Below are positions 19,138 through 29,766 of a stretch of DNA of 64,000 bases, in pieces; position 1 is the stretch's first letter, and each line of letters starts with the position of its first letter. This DNA is from Flavobacteriales bacterium. GTDB taxonomy: Bacteria > Bacteroidota > Bacteroidia > Flavobacteriales_F > PHOS-HE28. Both the position numbers and the translations under genes were made by a program. The notes below the pieces were generated by a model, which was given only the letters and a program-made list of their open reading frames with translations, did not search any database and had not been told where the DNA came from. The stretch covers positions 133,861-197,860 of the forward strand of contig JAHDVX010000005.1 of NCBI GenBank assembly GCA_023382455.1, in the 5' to 3' direction.

Positions 19138-21222
19138 TCAGTAGGCACCGCTGCGGCGGCGCAGCAGCCATTCCAGCGTGAGCAGGCCCAGCAGCAGGAA
19201 GAAGATCCAACGCAGCCCGATCAGGTCGCTGAAGCGGTTGTGGGAATAGGAGCGGGCCGCCAGCTCGGGCTTTGCCTGCAGGGCCTCCGCGATGCGGCCC
19301 ATGTCCGCCGGCGTGGTGGCGATGCCACCGGTGCGCGCGGCCATGTTGCGCCACAGCCCATGGTCGGCCACGGTGTTCAGGCGCTCGGCCACCAAGGGTT
19401 TCACCAGGAATTCACCCTTGGCCGTGAGCCGCTCCCCGTCCAACGTGGTGGCCGCGGACCACGTGTAGCGGCCTGCCGGGAGCATCCCGGCATCCAGGCG
19501 GTAGCCGGTGCCGGTGCGGCTAAAGGTGTAGGGCAGCTGGCGCCCCTCCTCGTTCACCAGGGTGATGGTGGCCTCCGGCGTGTTCACGGGCTCGTAGCTG
19601 GCGTTGTACAGCTCCGCGTCCAGCACGATGCGGTCACCTTGGCCGAACTCGCGCTCACCATGCACGCGGAAACGGCTCTTGTCCTCCTTGAGCGCCAAGA
19701 ATTGCACGGTCTTTTGCACCAGCTCGTCGAAATGGGCGGTGGTGTTGTTCTGCCGCATGTCGGCCAGGCGCCAGCGCCACAGGCCCTCGCCGCAGGTGAT
19801 GGCCGTGCGCCGCTCGGTCCGGGCCTGGAAGGCGAACAAGGGCTGGTCCGTCACCACCTGGCCGATGCGCTGCTCCAACAGGGCGGTGGCCGAACGGCCC
19901 AAGGAATAACGGCCGAAGGGCACCTGCAGCGGCGGGAAGCGTTCGATGGCCTTTCGGGTCCCTTCCTCCAGCACGAAGAGCGAAAATCCATCCGGCACCT
20001 TCGCCTGCACGTCCGAATAGCTGCCGCGCCCGGGCTCGATGGCCACGCCGTTGCCGAGTTCATCGGCTTGCCGCAGGTTGGTCTGCTGGCCCAGGATGGT
20101 CCAAGTGGGCGTGCCGCGCTTGGCAATCTGCTGGAACACCGGCTGAAGCGGGGCGTCCGTGGCGGGCAGCTGGTGGAGGATGATCAGGTCGTAGGCCTCT
20201 GCACGCCCCGCGAGGTCGGCCGCCAGGGCCACGTCCACCGCGTAGCCCTCCATGCCGGCCAGCGCCTGCCGGATGGCGGCCACGTCCGGATGTGGCGAAC
20301 GTGCGAGGATCAGCACCTTGCGCCGGTCGTCCAGCACGTCCACATAGATCTCGCGCCGGTTGTTCTCCACGCTGATCTCGCCATCCACCGTGCGCAGCAC
20401 CACCGTGAAGCGCTGCAGGCCCGAGGCCTCGGCCTTCACCATCAGGGGCACCTCGGCCATCAACGGGTCCTGCCCGATCACGAGGTCCTTGCCGGCCACC
20501 TCCTTGCCTGCATGCAGCACGCTCACGCGCGTTTTCCCGCCCTTCAAGTGGTCGGCCCGCAGCTTCACCAGCACCGGGAATTCATTGCCCAGGTAGGTGA
20601 TGCGGTTGTGTTCCACGTCGCGCAGCACAAGGTCGGGCCGCACGGTGGTATCGCCCAGCATGATGGCAAAGACCGGCACCCCCAGGCGTTCCGCCGCCAG
20701 GCGCGGGTCGCGGCCACGGTTGTAGATGCCGTCCCCGTCGATGATCACCGCTCCCAGGTCAGGTCCGGCGAAACGGTCGTACACCGTGCGGAAGAGTTCG
20801 TCAATGTCCGTCTCTTCCTCGTGCTGGCCGAAGTGCAGGCCGTCCGAAACGCCGTTGCCGTATGTGAAACTGCGCACCTCATAGCGGTCGCCCAGTGCAG
20901 CCGCCAGGTCGGTCAGTTGCGCCGGATAGCTTCCACGGAATGCCGTGCTGTCCCCGACCGCCAGCAGGGAGGAGGACCCATCGTGCGCCAGCACCACCAC
21001 GGGCTTGCGCACCTCGCGCACCAGTATGCGCACCATGGGTTCCAGCAGGAAGAAGGCCACCAGCGCGATCACCACTGCACGGCAGGTCCCCAGGAACCAT
21101 TGCAGCCCGGGGCTCCAGCCATGCTGCATGCGCGTGCCGCGGTACAACAGCCAGGCCGCCACAATGCCCAGCAGCGCGCACAACGGTGCCAGCCAAAGGG
21201 AATGCGCGGTGGTGAGGCTCAT
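19138..21222 (-). CDS. VWA-like domain membrane protein
   Basis: N- and C-terminal TM helices, D.S.S, DG.YN.G, W.WR, LEW.LRR. Confidence 0.75.
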   Translation of the reverse strand: MSLTTAHSLWLAPLCALLGIVAAWLLYRGTRMQHGWSPGLQWFLGTCRAVVIALVAFFLLEPMVRILVREVRKPVVVLAHDGSSSLLAVGDSTAFRGSYPAQLTDLAAALGDRYEVRSFTYGNGVSDGLHFGQHEEETDIDELFRTVYDRFAGPDLGAVIIDGDGIYNRGRDPRLAAERLGVPVFAIMLGDTTVRPDLVLRDVEHNRITYLGNEFPVLVKLRADHLKGGKTRVSVLHAGKEVAGKDLVIGQDPLMAEVPLMVKAEASGLQRFTVVLRTVDGEISVENNRREIYVDVLDDRRKVLILARSPHPDVAAIRQALAGMEGYAVDVALAADLAGRAEAYDLIILHQLPATDAPLQPVFQQIAKRGTPTWTILGQQTNLRQADELGNGVAIEPGRGSYSDVQAKVPDGFSLFVLEEGTRKAIERFPPLQVPFGRYSLGRSATALLEQRIGQVVTDQPLFAFQARTERRTAITCGEGLWRWRLADMRQNNTTAHFDELVQKTVQFLALKEDKSRFRVHGEREFGQGDRIVLDAELYNASYEPVNTPEATITLVNEEGRQLPYTFSRTGTGYRLDAGMLPAGRYTWSAATTLDGERLTAKGEFLVKPLVAERLNTVADHGLWRNMAARTGGIATTPADMGRIAEALQAKPELAARSYSHNRFSDLIGLRWIFFLLLGLLTLEWLLRRRSGAY

Positions 21223-21237
21223 GGGTTCAAGTTGCCG

Positions 21238-21353
21238 GTTGTCAGTTGTTAGTTGTTAGGGGGAGAATCGACAACGGACAACGGACAACCAACAACTAAC
21301 AACTGACAACTGAGAACTGAGAACGGACAACAGACAACGAACCACGGACAACC
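21238..21353. repeat. Heptamer tandem array with inverted arm
   Basis: 12 degenerate units of GACAACN at 21270-21353. A perfect 20-bp inverted repeat pairs 21238-21257 with 21291-21310. Confidence 0.9.
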
Positions 21354-21357
21354 ACCA

Positions 21358-22107
21358 TCACGTCAACATCCCCCCGCATACATGCAGGGTCTGCCCGGTG
21401 ACGTAGCCGCTGAGGTCGCTGGCGAGGAAGACGCAGGCATTGGCCACGTCCACGGGTGTGCCGCCGCGCTTCATGGGGATGGCCTCGCGCCAGCCTTGAA
21501 CGGTCTTTTCGTCCAAGGCTCCCGTCATCTCGGTTTCGATGAAGCCCGGCGCCACGGCATTGCAGCGGATGTTGCGGCTGCCCAGCTCCAGGGCGGTGCT
21601 CTTGGTGAAGCCGATCACGCCGGCCTTGCTGGCCGCGTAGTTGGCCTGGCCCGCGTTGCCTTTCACGCCCACCACGCTGCTCATGTTGACGATGCTGCCG
21701 CTGCGCTGCTTCAGCATGGTGCGCAGCACCGCCTTGGTCATGTTGAAAACGCTCTTGAGGTTGGTGGCGATCACCGCGTCGAAGTCGGCCTCGCTCATGC
21801 GCATCAGCAACTGGTCCTTGGTGATGCCCGCGTTGTTCACCAGGATGTCCAGCCCGCCGAAGGCCTCCACCACCTGGTCCACGGTGGCCTGTGCCGAATT
21901 GAAGTCCCCCGCGTTGCTTTGGATGGCCAGCACCTTGCGGCCATGCTTCGCGCCCAGTTCCTCGGCCAGGGCGTTCGCCTTTTCCGGGCTGCTCACGTAG
22001 GTGAACGCCACATCCGCGCCCTCTTCAAGGAAGCGCTCCACGATGCCTTTGCCGATGCCGCGCGTGCCGCCGGTGACCAGCGCCTTCTTGCCTTGTAACA
22101 GTGCCAT
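21358..22107 (-). CDS. fabG: 3-oxoacyl-ACP reductase
   Basis: TGGTRGIG, NNAGIT.D, YAASK, APGFI.T.MT. Confidence 0.95.
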   Translation of the reverse strand: MALLQGKKALVTGGTRGIGKGIVERFLEEGADVAFTYVSSPEKANALAEELGAKHGRKVLAIQSNAGDFNSAQATVDQVVEAFGGLDILVNNAGITKDQLLMRMSEADFDAVIATNLKSVFNMTKAVLRTMLKQRSGSIVNMSSVVGVKGNAGQANYAASKAGVIGFTKSTALELGSRNIRCNAVAPGFIETEMTGALDEKTVQGWREAIPMKRGGTPVDVANACVFLASDLSGYVTGQTLHVCGGMLT

Positions 22108-22218
22108 GCCTTGTTAGCGGTTGCTTGATATGGGGCGAAGGTAAACGGGGGGGAGTAATGGGGCGCCAGAATAGGAAAGTTGCGCAGTTGCGGCCTTCAT
22201 TGGACGCAGGCCACGCCC

Positions 22219-22267
22219 AACAACCGGGAACCAACAACTGAGAACCGACAACTGAGAACCGACAACG
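22219..22267. repeat. Heptamer tandem array of the same family as 21270-21353
   Basis: aacaacc gggaacc aacaact gagaacc gacaact gagaacc gacaacg. Confidence 0.85.
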
Positions 22268-22277
22268 ACCCTTCAGG

Positions 22278-22346
22278 CCACCACCTCCTTCACCTTCGCC
22301 CCGATCGCCGCCGGGCTGTCCACCACGTGGATGCCGCATTCGCGCA
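22278..22346 (-). repeat. 69-bp exact duplicate of the sucD 3' end
   Basis: Identical to 23116-23184; encodes [22 protein letters not shown] and has its own stop at 22273-22275. Confidence 0.95.
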
Positions 22347-22540
22347 AGAAGATCATCCGCGATGGACGATCTTGTGCCGGCATGTCAGCAGCGGAGCACC
22401 GGAAGGGAAGGCGGCCCAGTACAAAGGGCAAACATGAACGTGGCGCTGCGCGACGGATCCGGGATGCCGGGAAGGAGGCAGTGGATCGGAACCGGTGGCC
22501 GCCGCGCAAGCGCCCGATAGGTTGGAAGGGGCCATGGCCG

Positions 22541-22548
22541 TAACTTTG
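22541..22548 (+). promoter_or_regulatory. Bacteroidota -7 promoter element (TAnnTTTG)
   Basis: TAACTTTG, 7 nt upstream of the Sel1 gene start. Confidence 0.5.
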
Positions 22549-22555
22549 GCATGCC

Positions 22556-23041
22556 ATGGCAAATCCTGGAAACGCATACCTGGCCCAGGCCAAACGGGCC
22601 GTGGTCCTGCACGGCCATGGCGAAGCCGCGTTCAGTCTGCTGGAGCGGTCGGCCGGGTTGGGCAACGCGGAGGCGATCTATGCCATAGGCACCTGGCACT
22701 TGTTCGGCACGCATGTGCGAAAGAATTTCCGCAAGGCTGCTGAATACCTTCAGCGGGCATCGGACCTCGGGCATGCTGCCGCCAGTTTCGACCTGGCCGT
22801 TTCGTATGAGAAGGGCAAAGGTGTGGAGCGCGATAAAGGCCACGCTTTCCGGCTGTACATGAAGGCAGCGCTGTTGGGGGACCGCCAGGCCAAGTACGAA
22901 GTGGGGCGCTGCTTTTACTGGGGCATCGGCACCGCCAAGGACCGGCAAGCCGCAGAGGTCTGGTACCAGGCTTATGGCCAGGAACCGCAGGCCAAGGCAG
23001 CGGCATCGCGGAAACCGCTGGCCCGCTTGCACGGACACTGA
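22556..23041 (+). CDS. Sel1-like repeat protein
   Basis: Repeated A...LG..Y..G.G...D...A..WY..AA..G pattern. Confidence 0.85.
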   Translation: MANPGNAYLAQAKRAVVLHGHGEAAFSLLERSAGLGNAEAIYAIGTWHLFGTHVRKNFRKAAEYLQRASDLGHAAASFDLAVSYEKGKGVERDKGHAFRLYMKAALLGDRQAKYEVGRCFYWGIGTAKDRQAAEVWYQAYGQEPQAKAAASRKPLARLHGH

Positions 23042-23110
23042 GGTCTTGGCATGGCGTAGTTGAACGCCCACCGGCGCACACGACGCTCCTTCGCCCTACG
23101 CCACTTCCAA

Positions 23111-23980
23111 CTAGCCCACCACCTCCTTCACCTTCGCCCCGATCGCCGCCGGGCTGTCCACCACGTGGATGCCGCATTCGCGCATCACCATCTTCTTGGC
23201 GGCCGCGCTTTCGTCGGCCCCGCTTACGATGGCGCCCGCGTGGCCCATGGTGCGGCCCGCGGGGGCGGTCTCACCGGCGATGAAGCCGACCACGGGCTTC
23301 TTGCAGTTCTCCTTGATCCATCGTGCGGCACGGATCTCCAGGTCGCCGCCGATCTCGCCGATCATCACGATGGCCTCGGTCTCCGGGTCATTGGCGAAGA
23401 GCTGGATGGCCTCCAGCGTGGTGGTGCCGATGATCGGATCGCCCCCGATGCCGATGGCCGTGGTGATGCCCATGCCGGCCTTCACCACTTGGTCCGCCGC
23501 CTCGTAGGTGAGCGTGCCGCTCTTGGAGACGATGCCCACCTTGCCCTTCTTGAAGACGAAGCCCGGCATGATGCCCACCTTGCATTCTTCCGCGGTGATC
23601 ACGCCGGGGCAGTTGGGCCCGATCAGCGTGCAGCCCTTGCCCTTGATGTACTCGCGGGCCGTCACCATGTCCTTCACGGGGATGCCCTCGGTGATGCACA
23701 CGATCACCTTGATGCCCGCCTCGGCGGCCTCCATGATGGCATCTGCCGCGAAGGCCGGCGGCACGAAGATGATGCTCACGTCCGCCCCGGTGGTCTTCAC
23801 CGCATCGCTTACCGTCTCGAACACGGGCCGGTCCAAATGCTTCTGCCCGCCCTTGCCCGGGGTGACGCCGCCCACCACGTTGGTGCCGTACTCGATCATC
23901 TGGGTGGCGTGGAAGGTGCCTTCGCTGCCGGTGAAGCCTTGTACAATGACCTTGCTCTGCTTGTTGACGAGTACGCTCAT
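23111..23980 (-). CDS. sucD: Succinyl-CoA synthetase alpha subunit
   Basis: [28 protein letters not shown] and MGHAGA (phospho-His). Confidence 0.97.
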   Translation of the reverse strand: MSVLVNKQSKVIVQGFTGSEGTFHATQMIEYGTNVVGGVTPGKGGQKHLDRPVFETVSDAVKTTGADVSIIFVPPAFAADAIMEAAEAGIKVIVCITEGIPVKDMVTAREYIKGKGCTLIGPNCPGVITAEECKVGIMPGFVFKKGKVGIVSKSGTLTYEAADQVVKAGMGITTAIGIGGDPIIGTTTLEAIQLFANDPETEAIVMIGEIGGDLEIRAARWIKENCKKPVVGFIAGETAPAGRTMGHAGAIVSGADESAAAKKMVMRECGIHVVDSPAAIGAKVKEVVG

Positions 23981-24030
23981 GGTTGTATTGCGGTGTTCAG
24001 GGCCGCGAAGGTAACGCCTGGTGAAAATGC

Positions 24031-25206
24031 CTATGCACGATCGGTTGGTGCCCGGCGAAGGTCGCGCACATAGTACAGCACCGCCAGCATGATGGCCCCG
24101 GCGGTGACGTAGGGCAGGGCATGGCCCATGGAATAGAGCCGGCCGCCCAGGGCCGGGCCCGCAATGCGCGCCAGGGAGCCGAAGCTCTGGTTGGTGCCCA
24201 GTACTTCGCCCTGCTCATGCTGCTCCGCATTTCGGCTCAGCAGGCTGAGAATGGTGGGGTTCAGGCAGCCGTTGCCCAGGGCGATCAGCGCGATGGAAAC
24301 CGCGCTCAACGGCACGAACCAGGCCAGGGGGATGAAGGGGATCATGCCCAGGCCCACCACCAGGCACAGGCTGCCGTACACCATCAGCCGGTGCTCGCCG
24401 AAGGTGTGCTGCAGCCAGCCGATCATGCCGCCCTGCACAATGGCCGAGGCCACGCCCACCGCGGCGAACATCAGGCCGATCTGCTTCTCGGTGAGGTGGT
24501 AGTCGTCGATCCACAGCAGGGCCACGGTCATCTGCATCATGCTGGAGGCGGTGATGAAGATGAAGCTGATGAGGTAGAGGTTGCGGAAACGCTGGTCCTT
24601 CAACGCGGCCCAGGCACCGCTCACGGGCTTCACACGCACCTTGCGCCCGGCATCCCGGTGGGCGAGGGATTCGGGCAGGAAGGCCCAGACCGCCCAGAGG
24701 TTCAGCAGGCACAGGGCGGCAGCGAGGTAGCCCACCCATTCCACCCCCGAATGCGCGAAGACGAAGCTACCCAACGGCGGCCCGAAGATGAAGCCCAGGC
24801 CGAAGGCCGCGCCGATGATGCCCATGGCCTTGGCCCGGCCTTCCGGCGGCGTGATGTCCGTGATGTAGGCCTGCGCCGCCGTGATGTTGCCCGATCCCAG
24901 GCCGGTGAGCATGCGGCTGGCCATCAGCAGGAACAGGGTGGAGGCATGGGCGAAGATCACGTAGCTCACGGCCGAGATGGCCACGGCGATCATGATCACC
25001 GGGCGCCGGCCGTAGCGGTCGCTCAGGCTGCCCCATACCGGCGTGGCGATGAACATCATCAGCGAGAACAGCGCGCCCAGGTCGCCCACCAATGCGTCGC
25101 TCGCATTCAGCTCCCGGGCGTAGACGGGGATCACGGGAATGAAGATCCCGAACCCCATCAGGTCGATGAAGATGGTGAGGAAGAGAATGAGCAGGCGCCG
25201 GTCCAT
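24031..25206 (-). CDS. MFS transporter (TetA/DHA1-like)
   Basis: [10 protein letters not shown] motif [13 protein letters not shown] motif C, about 12 TM helices. Confidence 0.9.
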   Translation of the reverse strand: MDRRLLILFLTIFIDLMGFGIFIPVIPVYARELNASDALVGDLGALFSLMMFIATPVWGSLSDRYGRRPVIMIAVAISAVSYVIFAHASTLFLLMASRMLTGLGSGNITAAQAYITDITPPEGRAKAMGIIGAAFGLGFIFGPPLGSFVFAHSGVEWVGYLAAALCLLNLWAVWAFLPESLAHRDAGRKVRVKPVSGAWAALKDQRFRNLYLISFIFITASSMMQMTVALLWIDDYHLTEKQIGLMFAAVGVASAIVQGGMIGWLQHTFGEHRLMVYGSLCLVVGLGMIPFIPLAWFVPLSAVSIALIALGNGCLNPTILSLLSRNAEQHEQGEVLGTNQSFGSLARIAGPALGGRLYSMGHALPYVTAGAIMLAVLYYVRDLRRAPTDRA

Positions 25207-25276
25207 GGAAAAAGGGGCGCGAATCTACTCCATGGACCGCCCTGCTTGGTCGTGCCGTGCAGCCCGGTGGCCGGCG

Positions 25277-26626
25277 TCAGGCATGAACCGCCTTCGGGCG
25301 GGGCCCGCCGTCCTCCTGCGGGCCTTGCACCACGTATTCCTTCCGCACGTACGGCCGGATGATCAGCCGGATGGTATTGCGCCAGCTCAGGTATTTCCAC
25401 GCCCAATGGGTAAGCACCATGATGCGGCTGCGGAAGCCCACGATGCTCATCAGGTGCACGAAGAGCCACAGGAACCAGGCGATGGGGCCGCCGAACCGGA
25501 GCTTGCCGAAGTCCACCACGGCCTTGTACCGCCCGATGGTGGCCATGGAACCCTTGTCGCGATAAGCGAAGGGTTGCCATTGGGCCCGGTCTTTCCGGAG
25601 CAGGTTCTTCGCCAGGTGCCGGGCCTGCTGGATGGCCACCGGTGCCACTTGCGGGTGCCCCTTGGCCCATTTCGGGTCGGAGCGGTCCAGGGCGATATCG
25701 CCGATGGCATAGATGTTCGCCTTGCCCTCCACCCGGTTGAAGGCGTCCACGCGGTAGCGCGCCGGGCGCTCCTCCACGGCGCTTTCAAGGCCCGGGATCG
25801 GACGGCCCTTCACGCCCGCGGTCCAGATCACCGTGCTGCTGTCCATGGTGCTTCCGTCCTTGAAGGTGACCCGCTTACCGTCGTAGCCGGTGACGAGTGC
25901 GCCCAGCTTCACGTTCACGCCCAGCTGCTCCAGGAATTTCCGCGCCAGCTGCTGCGCCTTCGGCGAGAAATTGCCCAGCACGGCGTCGCCGCTATCCACC
26001 AAATGGATCTGCATCCGCCGGTTGTCCACCTCGCGGAATTCATGCTTCAGGATGGTCTTGCGGATCTCGGCCAAGGCCCCGGCCAATTCCACACCGCTGG
26101 GCCCGCCGCCCACCACCACGAAGTTCAGCCGTTGGCGCTGCTCTTTCTCATCGTCCAGGTAAAGCGCCGCCTCGAATTCCTGCAGGAAGTCGCTGCGGAT
26201 GTCCAGCGCCTGGTTGATGCTCTTGAGCTGCATGGCCTCGTGGGCGATGCGCTGGTTGCCGAAGAAGTTGGTCTCCGTGCCCGTGGCCAGCACCAGGTGG
26301 TCGTAGCGGAAGTTCCCGTGGTCGGTCTCCACCCGGTTTTCCGCGGGATTGATCCGCAGCACCTCCGCCATGCGGTACATCACGTTGGGCATGGGGCCCA
26401 CGCTGCGCCGGAAAGGGTAGGCGATGTTGTCCGCACCCAGGCTGCCGGTGGCCACCTGGTACAGCAGCGGCTGGAAACAGTGGTAGTTGTTCTTGTCCAG
26501 CAGGATCACCTTGAATGGTTTTCCAGAAAGCCGGTGGATCATCTCCAGCCCGGCGAACCCACCGCCCACCACCACCACCACCGGGTGGTCCAGGGCATCG
26601 AATGCGGCACGCTCAGGTGTTTTCAT
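25277..26626 (-). CDS. ndh: Type II NADH:quinone oxidoreductase
   Basis: GGGFAG, FQPLLYQVATG, GGGPSGVELAG, AIGD, DKGSMATIGR. Confidence 0.9.
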   Translation of the reverse strand: MKTPERAAFDALDHPVVVVVGGGFAGLEMIHRLSGKPFKVILLDKNNYHCFQPLLYQVATGSLGADNIAYPFRRSVGPMPNVMYRMAEVLRINPAENRVETDHGNFRYDHLVLATGTETNFFGNQRIAHEAMQLKSINQALDIRSDFLQEFEAALYLDDEKEQRQRLNFVVVGGGPSGVELAGALAEIRKTILKHEFREVDNRRMQIHLVDSGDAVLGNFSPKAQQLARKFLEQLGVNVKLGALVTGYDGKRVTFKDGSTMDSSTVIWTAGVKGRPIPGLESAVEERPARYRVDAFNRVEGKANIYAIGDIALDRSDPKWAKGHPQVAPVAIQQARHLAKNLLRKDRAQWQPFAYRDKGSMATIGRYKAVVDFGKLRFGGPIAWFLWLFVHLMSIVGFRSRIMVLTHWAWKYLSWRNTIRLIIRPYVRKEYVVQGPQEDGGPRPKAVHA

Positions 26627-26817
26627 GGCTTGCAAAGGTTTCCGCCATGCGCGGTGGCCGGCATGAGGCACATCAGCTCCGTGGAATGTTGCATATCCGT
26701 GATGTTCATGCGCATGGCCGGTCCAAGCAAAGATCGTGCGGTTGGCCGTTCCTCGCCGGGGAGCCCCGTGGCATGGGGAATGAGCGGGCATGGCCGCGCC
26801 GTGCCCACCTTTGTGCC

Positions 26818-28179
26818 ATGTTCCAAGGCGATACCATTGCGGCTGCGGGCACGGCTGCGGGCACGGGGGCCATCGCCGTGCTGCGCATCAGCGGGCCGGA
26901 CACGCAGCGGATCATGCATGCGGTGGCGCCCACGATGCTGCTGACGCCCGAACCGCGCCACGCGGTGTTCGTCCGCTTCCGCGATGCGGAAGGGCCGGTG
27001 GACGAAGGCCTGCTCACCTGGTTCAAGGCGCCGCACAGCTACACGGGGGAGGATGTGGCGGAGTTCAGTGTGCACGGGTCGCCATACATCCGGCAGCGCA
27101 TGCTGGAAGCCTTGGTGAACGCGGGTGCGCGCCTGGCCCGGCCCGGCGAGTTCACCCAGCGCGCCTTCCTCAACCGCAAGTTGGACCTCAGCCAGGCCGA
27201 GGCGGTGGCCGACCTGGTGGCGAGCGAAAGCAAGGCCGCGCACAAGTTGGCCCTGCAGCAGCTGCGCGGCGGGTACAGCCAGCAGATCGACCACCTGCGC
27301 GAGCAGTTGATCAGCCTCAGCGCCCTCGTGGAGCTGGAGCTGGATTTCGGGGAGGAGGATGTGCAGTTCGCCGACCGCACCGAGCTGGTGACGCTGCTGG
27401 ACGGCATCGTGGCCGTGTGCGACCGGCTGATCGGCAGCTTCCGCTACGGCAATGCCGTGAAGCAGGGCATTCCCGTGGCCATCGTGGGGGCGCCCAACAG
27501 CGGCAAGAGCACCCTGCTGAACGCGTTGCTGCAGGAGGACCGCGCCATCGTGAGCGATGTGCCCGGCACCACGCGCGACACGGTGGAGGAAGCGATCACG
27601 CTGGAGGGTGTGCTCTTCCGCTTCATCGACACGGCGGGCTTGCGCCACACGGGCGATGTGGTGGAGCGCCTGGGCATCGAGCGGAGCTACCGGAAGGCCG
27701 CCGAGGCCAGCATCGTGGTGTTCCTGGGCGATGCCGCCTCGCTGAACGAGGACGCATTCCTGACCCAGGCCGACATGCTGCGGAAAAGGATCGGCGGGGA
27801 GCCGGTGATCATCCCCGTGCTGAACAAGTGCGATCTGCCCGGAACCGGCCATGCCAAGCCGGGAAGCACGGTGCTGCGCATCTCGGCGCGGCATGATCAG
27901 GGGCTGGAGGCACTGAAGGAGCGGTTCATCGCCCTGGTGCATGCCATGCAGGGGGGCGAGGGCGACGTGGTGGTCACCAATGCCCGGCACGTGGAGGCGC
28001 TGACCAAGGCCCGCTTGGCCCTGCTGGCCGCCAAGAAGGGCGTGGAGGAGGAGCTGAGCGGCGAATTGCTCGCCACCGACCTGCGGCAGGCGCAGTATCA
28101 CCTGGGCGAGATCACCGGCAAGATCACCCCGGATGACCTGTTGGGCAGCATCTTCTCGCGGTTCTGCATCGGGAAATAG
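26818..28179 (+). CDS. mnmE: tRNA modification GTPase MnmE
   Basis: SYTGED, GEFT.RAF.N, GAPNSGKS, PGTTRD, DTAG, C-terminal FCIGK. Confidence 0.97.
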   Translation: MFQGDTIAAAGTAAGTGAIAVLRISGPDTQRIMHAVAPTMLLTPEPRHAVFVRFRDAEGPVDEGLLTWFKAPHSYTGEDVAEFSVHGSPYIRQRMLEALVNAGARLARPGEFTQRAFLNRKLDLSQAEAVADLVASESKAAHKLALQQLRGGYSQQIDHLREQLISLSALVELELDFGEEDVQFADRTELVTLLDGIVAVCDRLIGSFRYGNAVKQGIPVAIVGAPNSGKSTLLNALLQEDRAIVSDVPGTTRDTVEEAITLEGVLFRFIDTAGLRHTGDVVERLGIERSYRKAAEASIVVFLGDAASLNEDAFLTQADMLRKRIGGEPVIIPVLNKCDLPGTGHAKPGSTVLRISARHDQGLEALKERFIALVHAMQGGEGDVVVTNARHVEALTKARLALLAAKKGVEEELSGELLATDLRQAQYHLGEITGKITPDDLLGSIFSRFCIGK

Positions 28180-28270
28180 CCGGAGCGGCAGATGTGCCTT
28201 GCTGCTGAAGGAGCAGGGCTGGCGGGGTTATCCATATAAACTTGAATAACGCCGTACGGGAAGGATGACC

Positions 28271-29749
28271 CTAACGCCCGTGCTCCTTCACGTACCGCTC
28301 CAACTGCTCCAGCAGGATGTCCACCTCGCGCTTGTGCGTGCGGAAGGACAGCACCGCCAGGCGAAGCCAGAATTGCCCGTGGAGCAGGGTGGTGGAGATG
28401 AAGACGCGGCCTTCCTGCTGCACCGCGTGCGCCATGGCCTTGTTGAAGGCGTCGGCATCGCCGCTGGCCGGCACGTAGCGGTAGGCCATCACCGATAGGT
28501 CGGGCGCTGGGGTGGTCTCAAAGCCGAGCTGTGCGATCCGGTGATGGAAATAGCGGGTGAGCCACAACTTCTCTTCCAGCGCGGCGCGGAAGGGCGTGAT
28601 GCCGTGCAGCTTCAGCGGCAGCCACATGCGCATGCCGCGGAAATGCTTGCTCAGCTCGGGCGAGAGCTCGGCCGGGGAGTGCTCCAGCGTCTGCTCCTGC
28701 GCATCCTGCATGTAGTTGGCCTCGTAGCTGTGGGCCTGCAGCAGGTGCCGCACGTCCTTCACCAGCACGATGCCCGTGCCGTAGGGCAGGAAGAGCCCCT
28801 TGTGCGGGTCCATCACCACGGAATCGGCGCGGTGGATGCCGGCCATCATGTGCATGCCGTGTTCCGTGAGCAGGAAGTAGCCTCCATAGGCCGCGTCCAC
28901 GTGCATCCACAGCTTGTGTTGCGCGGCCAAGTCGGCCAAGGTGTTCAGCGGATCCACGGCGCCCACATCGGTGGAGCCGGCATTGGCAATGAGCAGGAAG
29001 GGGTGCAGCCCGGCCGCCTTGTCAGCTTCCACCTGCGCTTGCAGGGCCTCGGGGTCCATGCGGAAACGGGCATCCACCGGCACCTTGCGCACGATGCACT
29101 CACCCAGTCCCGTGATGCGCAGCCCTTTGCCCAGGCTGTGGTGCGCCTGGTCCGATAGGTAGACCACGGTGCGCTCCAGGTCCCTGCCCTTGATGCCCTT
29201 GGCCGCCCGCGCCGTGGCGATGGCGATCAGGTTGGCCAGGCTGCCGCCCGAGGCCATCACCCCGCCGAAGCCTTTGCCGTAGCCCACCAATTGGCCGCTC
29301 CATTGCACCATGGCGTTTTCCATCCGCACCGCCCCCGGTGAGGCGTAGAAGGTGCCCGCATAGCGGTTGGTGATCCCCGCCAGGTAATCGCCCAGTGCCG
29401 CTTCAGGGATGCCCCCGCCCGGTATGTAGCCCAAGTGCCCGCCCGAGGCCGGGTTCAGGCCGGTGGTGTCCACCCGTTCCCGGATGAAGGTGAGCATACC
29501 CGCAATATCGCCCGGGGTTTCCTCCAGCTCGAAGCCGCGATCCGCCGGCGTACGCTCGTAGCCGGAAGCCTCGAAAGCCTTGCGATCGGGCATGGCCCCG
29601 ATGAACTCGCTTGCGTAGTGCGTCACCGCCTCCAACACCTTGGCCCGTTCACCGGGCGGCATTTCCAGCTTCCGGGCCGTACATTCACTTTCCTCCAGTT
29701 GCTGAAGGATCCGCTGCAATTCCCGGTCAGTGCCCACTAGTTCCAGCAT
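28271..29749 (-). CDS. Group II PLP-dependent (aromatic amino acid-type) decarboxylase
   Basis: SGGS.AN, AH.S..K, HVDAAYGG, DPHK (PLP lysine). Confidence 0.9.
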   Translation of the reverse strand: MLELVGTDRELQRILQQLEESECTARKLEMPPGERAKVLEAVTHYASEFIGAMPDRKAFEASGYERTPADRGFELEETPGDIAGMLTFIRERVDTTGLNPASGGHLGYIPGGGIPEAALGDYLAGITNRYAGTFYASPGAVRMENAMVQWSGQLVGYGKGFGGVMASGGSLANLIAIATARAAKGIKGRDLERTVVYLSDQAHHSLGKGLRITGLGECIVRKVPVDARFRMDPEALQAQVEADKAAGLHPFLLIANAGSTDVGAVDPLNTLADLAAQHKLWMHVDAAYGGYFLLTEHGMHMMAGIHRADSVVMDPHKGLFLPYGTGIVLVKDVRHLLQAHSYEANYMQDAQEQTLEHSPAELSPELSKHFRGMRMWLPLKLHGITPFRAALEEKLWLTRYFHHRIAQLGFETTPAPDLSVMAYRYVPASGDADAFNKAMAHAVQQEGRVFISTTLLHGQFWLRLAVLSFRTHKREVDILLEQLERYVKEHGR

Positions 29750-29766
29750 GGCGCAAAGATGCGCGC

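Noticed and set aside
21270-21353. Heptamer array as a CRISPR array or coding repeat
   Set aside because: Period 7, no spacers and no credible ORF
22273-22665. 130-aa ORF ending in the SucD C-terminus
   Set aside because: Chance read-in to the duplicated sucD fragment; it overlaps the Sel1 gene antisense
26664-26675. TGA-N6-TCA as a Crp/Fnr-like site upstream of ndh
   Set aside because: Too short and degenerate to support
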